From Nemertoderma westbladi (taxonomy: Eukaryota; Animalia; Xenacoelomorpha): a stretch of 54,066 nt of DNA. The position numbers were made by a program, and so were the translations under genes. The notes under the pieces were generated by a model. It did no database searches. It was not told where the DNA came from and worked only from the letters and a program-made list of their open reading frames with translations. Shown in pieces: positions 50,003 to 54,066 of this stretch. Position 1 is the stretch's first letter; every line of letters starts with the position of its first letter. The stretch covers positions 1 to 54,066 of the forward strand of contig JAUCBJ010004747.1 of NCBI GenBank assembly GCA_032718475.1, written 5' to 3'.

Positions 50003-50833
50003 ATGGAGTCCCCAATAAATTCGGCACCGAAAACACCAACTGAGACAGAAACATGTAGTTTAACTCAATCAAACAGCATAGGTGAACAGTTGCTTATATT
50101 GGAGTGTAAGCTTGCTAGCGATCTATTGTCTCTGAACTACTATCCTATGGTCTCCCATATTTACAATCCATTAAACTACGCATTGGATATTCATAAAAAG
50201 TTTATTATGGAATATTGTAATTCCGAGAAGCGGGTAATATTCGTTGGAATGAACCCAGGTCCCTTCGGAATGGGACAGACTGGAATTCCTTTTGGTGACG
50301 TTAAATCCGTCCGGAATTTCTTCAGAATACATGGGGACGTCGGTAAACCCACCAATGAGCACCCGCGTAGACAGGTTTACGGGTTGGGCTGCACGCGATG
50401 CGAAGTTAGTGGTTCTCGACTGTGGAGATTAGTGGAGGATATATGTGGGACATCGGAACAATTCTTTTCCACTTCTTTAGTCTATAATGTTTGCCCTCTT
50501 CTGTTTTTGAGTCCAACTGGTACTAACGTAACTCCAAACAGTCTCCCCAGAGATACGAAACTTAAACTCAATGAGCTGTGCGTTGATACTTTAATTCATG
50601 TTATTCGTTTATTCGCTGTGGAGCGTGTTGTTGGTATCGGTAGGTACGCCTGGGATGTATCGAACCGGTTGTTAAGGAGGGTTCGCGGACTTTCTCACGT
50701 GCAGGTTGACTTTCTGATGCATCCGTCTCCTTTAAATCGATCTGCTAATAAACAGGGGTGGGAGATTGTTGCGCGGAGGCAGTTAGAGGAATCCGGTATT
50801 CTAGGTATAATAAAAAACATGGATGGGAAATAA
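50003..50833 (+). CDS. SMUG1: Single-strand selective monofunctional uracil-DNA glycosylase, 276 aa, intronless
   Basis: IYNPLNYA, FVGMNPGPFGMGQTGIPFG, EHPRR.V.GL.C...EVSG.RLW, NVCPLLF, VGIGRYA, MHPSP. Confidence 0.95.
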   Translation: MESPINSAPKTPTETETCSLTQSNSIGEQLLILECKLASDLLSLNYYPMVSHIYNPLNYALDIHKKFIMEYCNSEKRVIFVGMNPGPFGMGQTGIPFGDVKSVRNFFRIHGDVGKPTNEHPRRQVYGLGCTRCEVSGSRLWRLVEDICGTSEQFFSTSLVYNVCPLLFLSPTGTNVTPNSLPRDTKLKLNELCVDTLIHVIRLFAVERVVGIGRYAWDVSNRLLRRVRGLSHVQVDFLMHPSPLNRSANKQGWEIVARRQLEESGILGIIKNMDGK

Positions 50834-51490
50834 TAAACTAATAATATTGAAATCGACATTTGGTAACAAGACGCATAGCTCATGCGTTTCATCATAAAGT
50901 GTACGCCATTCCACCCAATCACGAAGGACTGCTGTTGCAAATATTGCAATGAAATATCGATAACTAGATACCATGTAAGATGTAATAAACTGCAAAAAAT
51001 GTGAGTAGTGTCTACATCATTGTCCAGAATAGGGTGTTTCCCTTCACTTCTATGGGGTTTTCTATTATTCCTACCTGTCCCAAATACGTTGTGTAATGAT
51101 TTCCAACCTGTCCAATATAGGGGCATCCAATCAAATCATCATATGAGCCAACTCCTCGTCATCGGACCAATACCAACATTCCTACAGTTAGGCATCTCCC
51201 TTATTGGCTATATAATGTAAAGGTTAATGGAAAATTCCACTGATATATAATCCAAGTGTCAGCTACGAATCCGGGGCTCATTATAACAACCTATACTGGA
51301 CCAAGCAACGTATTTGGGACAAGAGCTGGTTGAGGTATATGTACAGTGGAAATTCCCATTCTAAATAAGGGCATTGGAATACATGTTCCCTAGTTATGGT
51401 TAAAGATATACTGTGGGTGCCTTGCAAATGGCCTGTAAGACTGTGATGCATTATAGGCTATAGGGTCATCATAGTCACGTTATTTCATTT

Positions 51491-51580
51491 CATGTTGTGC
51501 AATTTATTCATATTGTGCAATTTATTCATGTTGTGCAACTTATTCATTGTGCAATTTATTCATGTGGTGCAATTTATTCA
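51491..51580. repeat. ~18-bp tandem repeat TGTGCAATTTATTCATGT, about 5 copies
   Basis: Directly visible. Confidence 0.8.
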
Positions 51581-51689
51581 CTTATAATAAATCTAAATAC
51601 ATTCGTATAATAATTAAATGACAATCAAATTAGTGATATCGCAACCTCCTCCCCCAGACTCAACTCATCCCAAATAGTCCTTCATAAGT

Positions 51690-54066
51690 CTAAAATTTGA
51701 CTCAAATAGGTGTTAGAGTCCCATATATAGGTTGATTTTGTCCAAAATAGCCTGTAGCTTTATCAAAATTATTTCAAATAGTTTATAAATGTAAAGGAAT
51801 ACTGAAAAGAATATCGACTTCATATCATAGCTTTAATTCCAATTTGTCCCAAATAGGTTATTTATGTCCCATATATGGTGTTTTATGTCCCATACAGGGA
51901 GTTTTTATCCCAAATAGCATGTAACATTCTCAAAATGATTTTACATAGTTTATAAATATAATGGAAATACTCAAAAGAAAATATAATTCACTATCATAGC
52001 TTTAATTTAAATTTGTCCCAAATAGGTTGTTTTTGTCCCATATAGGGTGTTTGTGTCCCATATAGGGTATGAAGTGCTTATAATCATTTCAAATAGTTTC
52101 GAAATGTAATGGAATACTCAAAAGACTATAGAATTCACTATCATAGCTTTAATTTAAATTTGTCCCAACTAGGTTGTTTATGTCCCATATAGGGTGTTTG
52201 TGTCCCATATAGGGAATTTGTGTCCCAAATTGCGTGTCATTTTCTGAAAATGATTTTACATAGTTTATAAATATTATGGAATACTCAAAAGAAAATATAA
52301 TTCACTATCATAGCTTTAATTTAAATTTGTCCCAAATAGGTTGTTTATGTCCCATATAGGGTGTTTGTGTCCCATATAGGGTGTATGTGTGCCAAATAGC
52401 GTGTGACTTTCTCAAAATGATTTTACATACCGGTAGTTTATAAATATAATGGAATACTCAAAATAAAATATAATTCACTATCATTGCTTTAATTTCAATT
52501 TGTCCCAAATAGGTTGTTTTTGTCCCATATAGGGTGTTTGAGTCCCATATAGGGTGTGAATTGCTTATACTGATTTTAAATAGTTTCGAAATGTAATGGA
52601 ATACTCAAAAGAATATAGAATTCACTACCATAGCTTTAATTTCAATTTGTCCCAAATAGGTTGTTTTTGTCCCATATAGGGTGTTTGTGTTCCATATAGG
52701 GTGTTTGTGTCCCAAATAGCGTGTGACTTTCTCAAAATGATTTTAAATAGTTTCTAAATCTCATGGAATACTCAAAAGAATATAGAATTCACTACCATAG
52801 CTTTAATTTCAATTTGTCCCAAATATGTTGTTTATGTCCCATATAGGGTGTTTGTGTCCCATAAAGGGTGTTTGTGTCCCAAATTGCGTGTGACTTTCTC
52901 AAAATGATTTTACATAGTTTATAAATATAATGGAAATACTCAAAGGAAAATAGAATCCACTATCATAGTATTAATTTAAATTTGTCCCAAATATGTTGTT
53001 TGTGTCCCATATAGGGTGTTTGTGTCCCGTATAGGGTGTGAAGTGCTTATAATGATTTCAAATAGTTTCGAAATGTAATGGAATACTCAAAAGAAAATAG
53101 AATTCGCTATCATAGCTTTAATTTAAATTTGTCCCAAATATGTTGTTTATGTCCCATATAGGGTGTTTGTGTCCCATATAGGGTGTTTGTGTCCCAAATT
53201 GCGTGTGACTTTCTCAAAATGATTTTACATAGTTTATAAATAAAATGGACATACTCAAAGGAAAATAGAATCCACTATCATAGTTTTAATTTAAATTTGT
53301 CCCAAATAGGTTGTTTGTGTCCCATATAGGGTGTTTGTGTCCCAAATAGCGTGTGGCTTTCTCAAAATGATTTTAAATAGTTTCTAAATCTCATGGAATA
53401 CTCAAAAGAATATAGAATTCACTACCATAGCTTTAATTTAAATTTGTCCCAAATAGGTTGTTTTTGTCCCATATAGGGTGTTTGAGTCCCGTATAGGGTG
53501 TGAATTGCTTATAATGATTTCAAATATTTTCTAAATGATAATGGAATACTCAAAAGAATGAATGACATATAGAATTCACTATCATACATAGCTTTAATTT
53601 AAATTTGTCCCAAATAGGTTGTTTATGTCCCATATAGGGTGTTTGTGTCCCATATAGGGTGTTTGTGTCCCAAATAGCGTGTGACTTTCTCAAAATGATT
53701 TTACATAGTTTATAAATATAATGGAATGCTCAAAAGAAAATATAATTCACTATCATAGCTTTAATTTAAATTTGTCCCAAATAGGTTGTTTTTGTCCCAT
53801 ATAGGGTGTTTGTGTCGCATATAGGGTGTTTGTGTCCCAAATTGCGTGTGACTTTCTCAAAATGGTTTTACATAGTTTATAAATAAAATGGACATACTCA
53901 AAGGAAAATAGAATCCACTATCATAGTTTTAATTTAAATTTGTCCCAAATAGGTTGTTTGTGTCCCATATAGGGTGTTTGTGTCCTGTATAGGGTGTGAA
54001 GTGCTTATAATGATTTCAAATAGTTTCGAAATGTAATGGAATACTCAAAAGAAAATAGAATTCGCT
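51690..54066. repeat. Satellite array with ~147-bp and ~167-bp monomers built on 20-bp subrepeats; runs off the window
   Basis: The anchor TTCACTATCATAGCTTTAATT recurs near 51987, 52134, 52301, 52474, 52621, 52788, 52955, 53103, 53270 and 53418; subrepeat TGTCCCATATAGGGTGTTTG. Confidence 0.93.

Noticed and set aside
50695-51126. 143-aa minus-strand ORF overlapping the SMUG1 3' end
   Set aside because: No recognisable homology; partly an antisense shadow of SMUG1.

Overview
AT-rich, transposon-dense genomic DNA from an animal, probably an invertebrate; the species cannot be named from the sequence. The left half (1-29.3 kb) is mostly nested mobile elements: the 3' end of a BEL/Pao LTR retrotransposon, a young LINE inside a foldback MITE, an RTE LINE inside an older LINE, Helentron/HINE-like arrays and foldback elements. 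It also holds one intronless Ly6/uPAR-like GPI-protein gene. The right half carries five housekeeping genes: HDHD2, RECQL, GOSR2 and SMUG1 with intronless CDSs, and NDUFV1 with 3 exons. The window ends in a 147/167-bp satellite. The most striking feature is NDUFV1 intron 2. It is filled with about 80 tandem copies of a 55-bp unit derived from its own exon/intron junction, giving about 80 decoy CAG|GTAAAG donors. A motif just upstream of the acceptor is complementary to a variant carried by the copy next to the true donor, suggesting an RNA bridge. Also notable are TA-duplicated micro-insertions resembling transposon footprints, clustered upstream of genes, and a LINE whose ORF1 and ORF2 are in frame across a single UGA-C. 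Coordinates were read by eye; copy counts are approximate.
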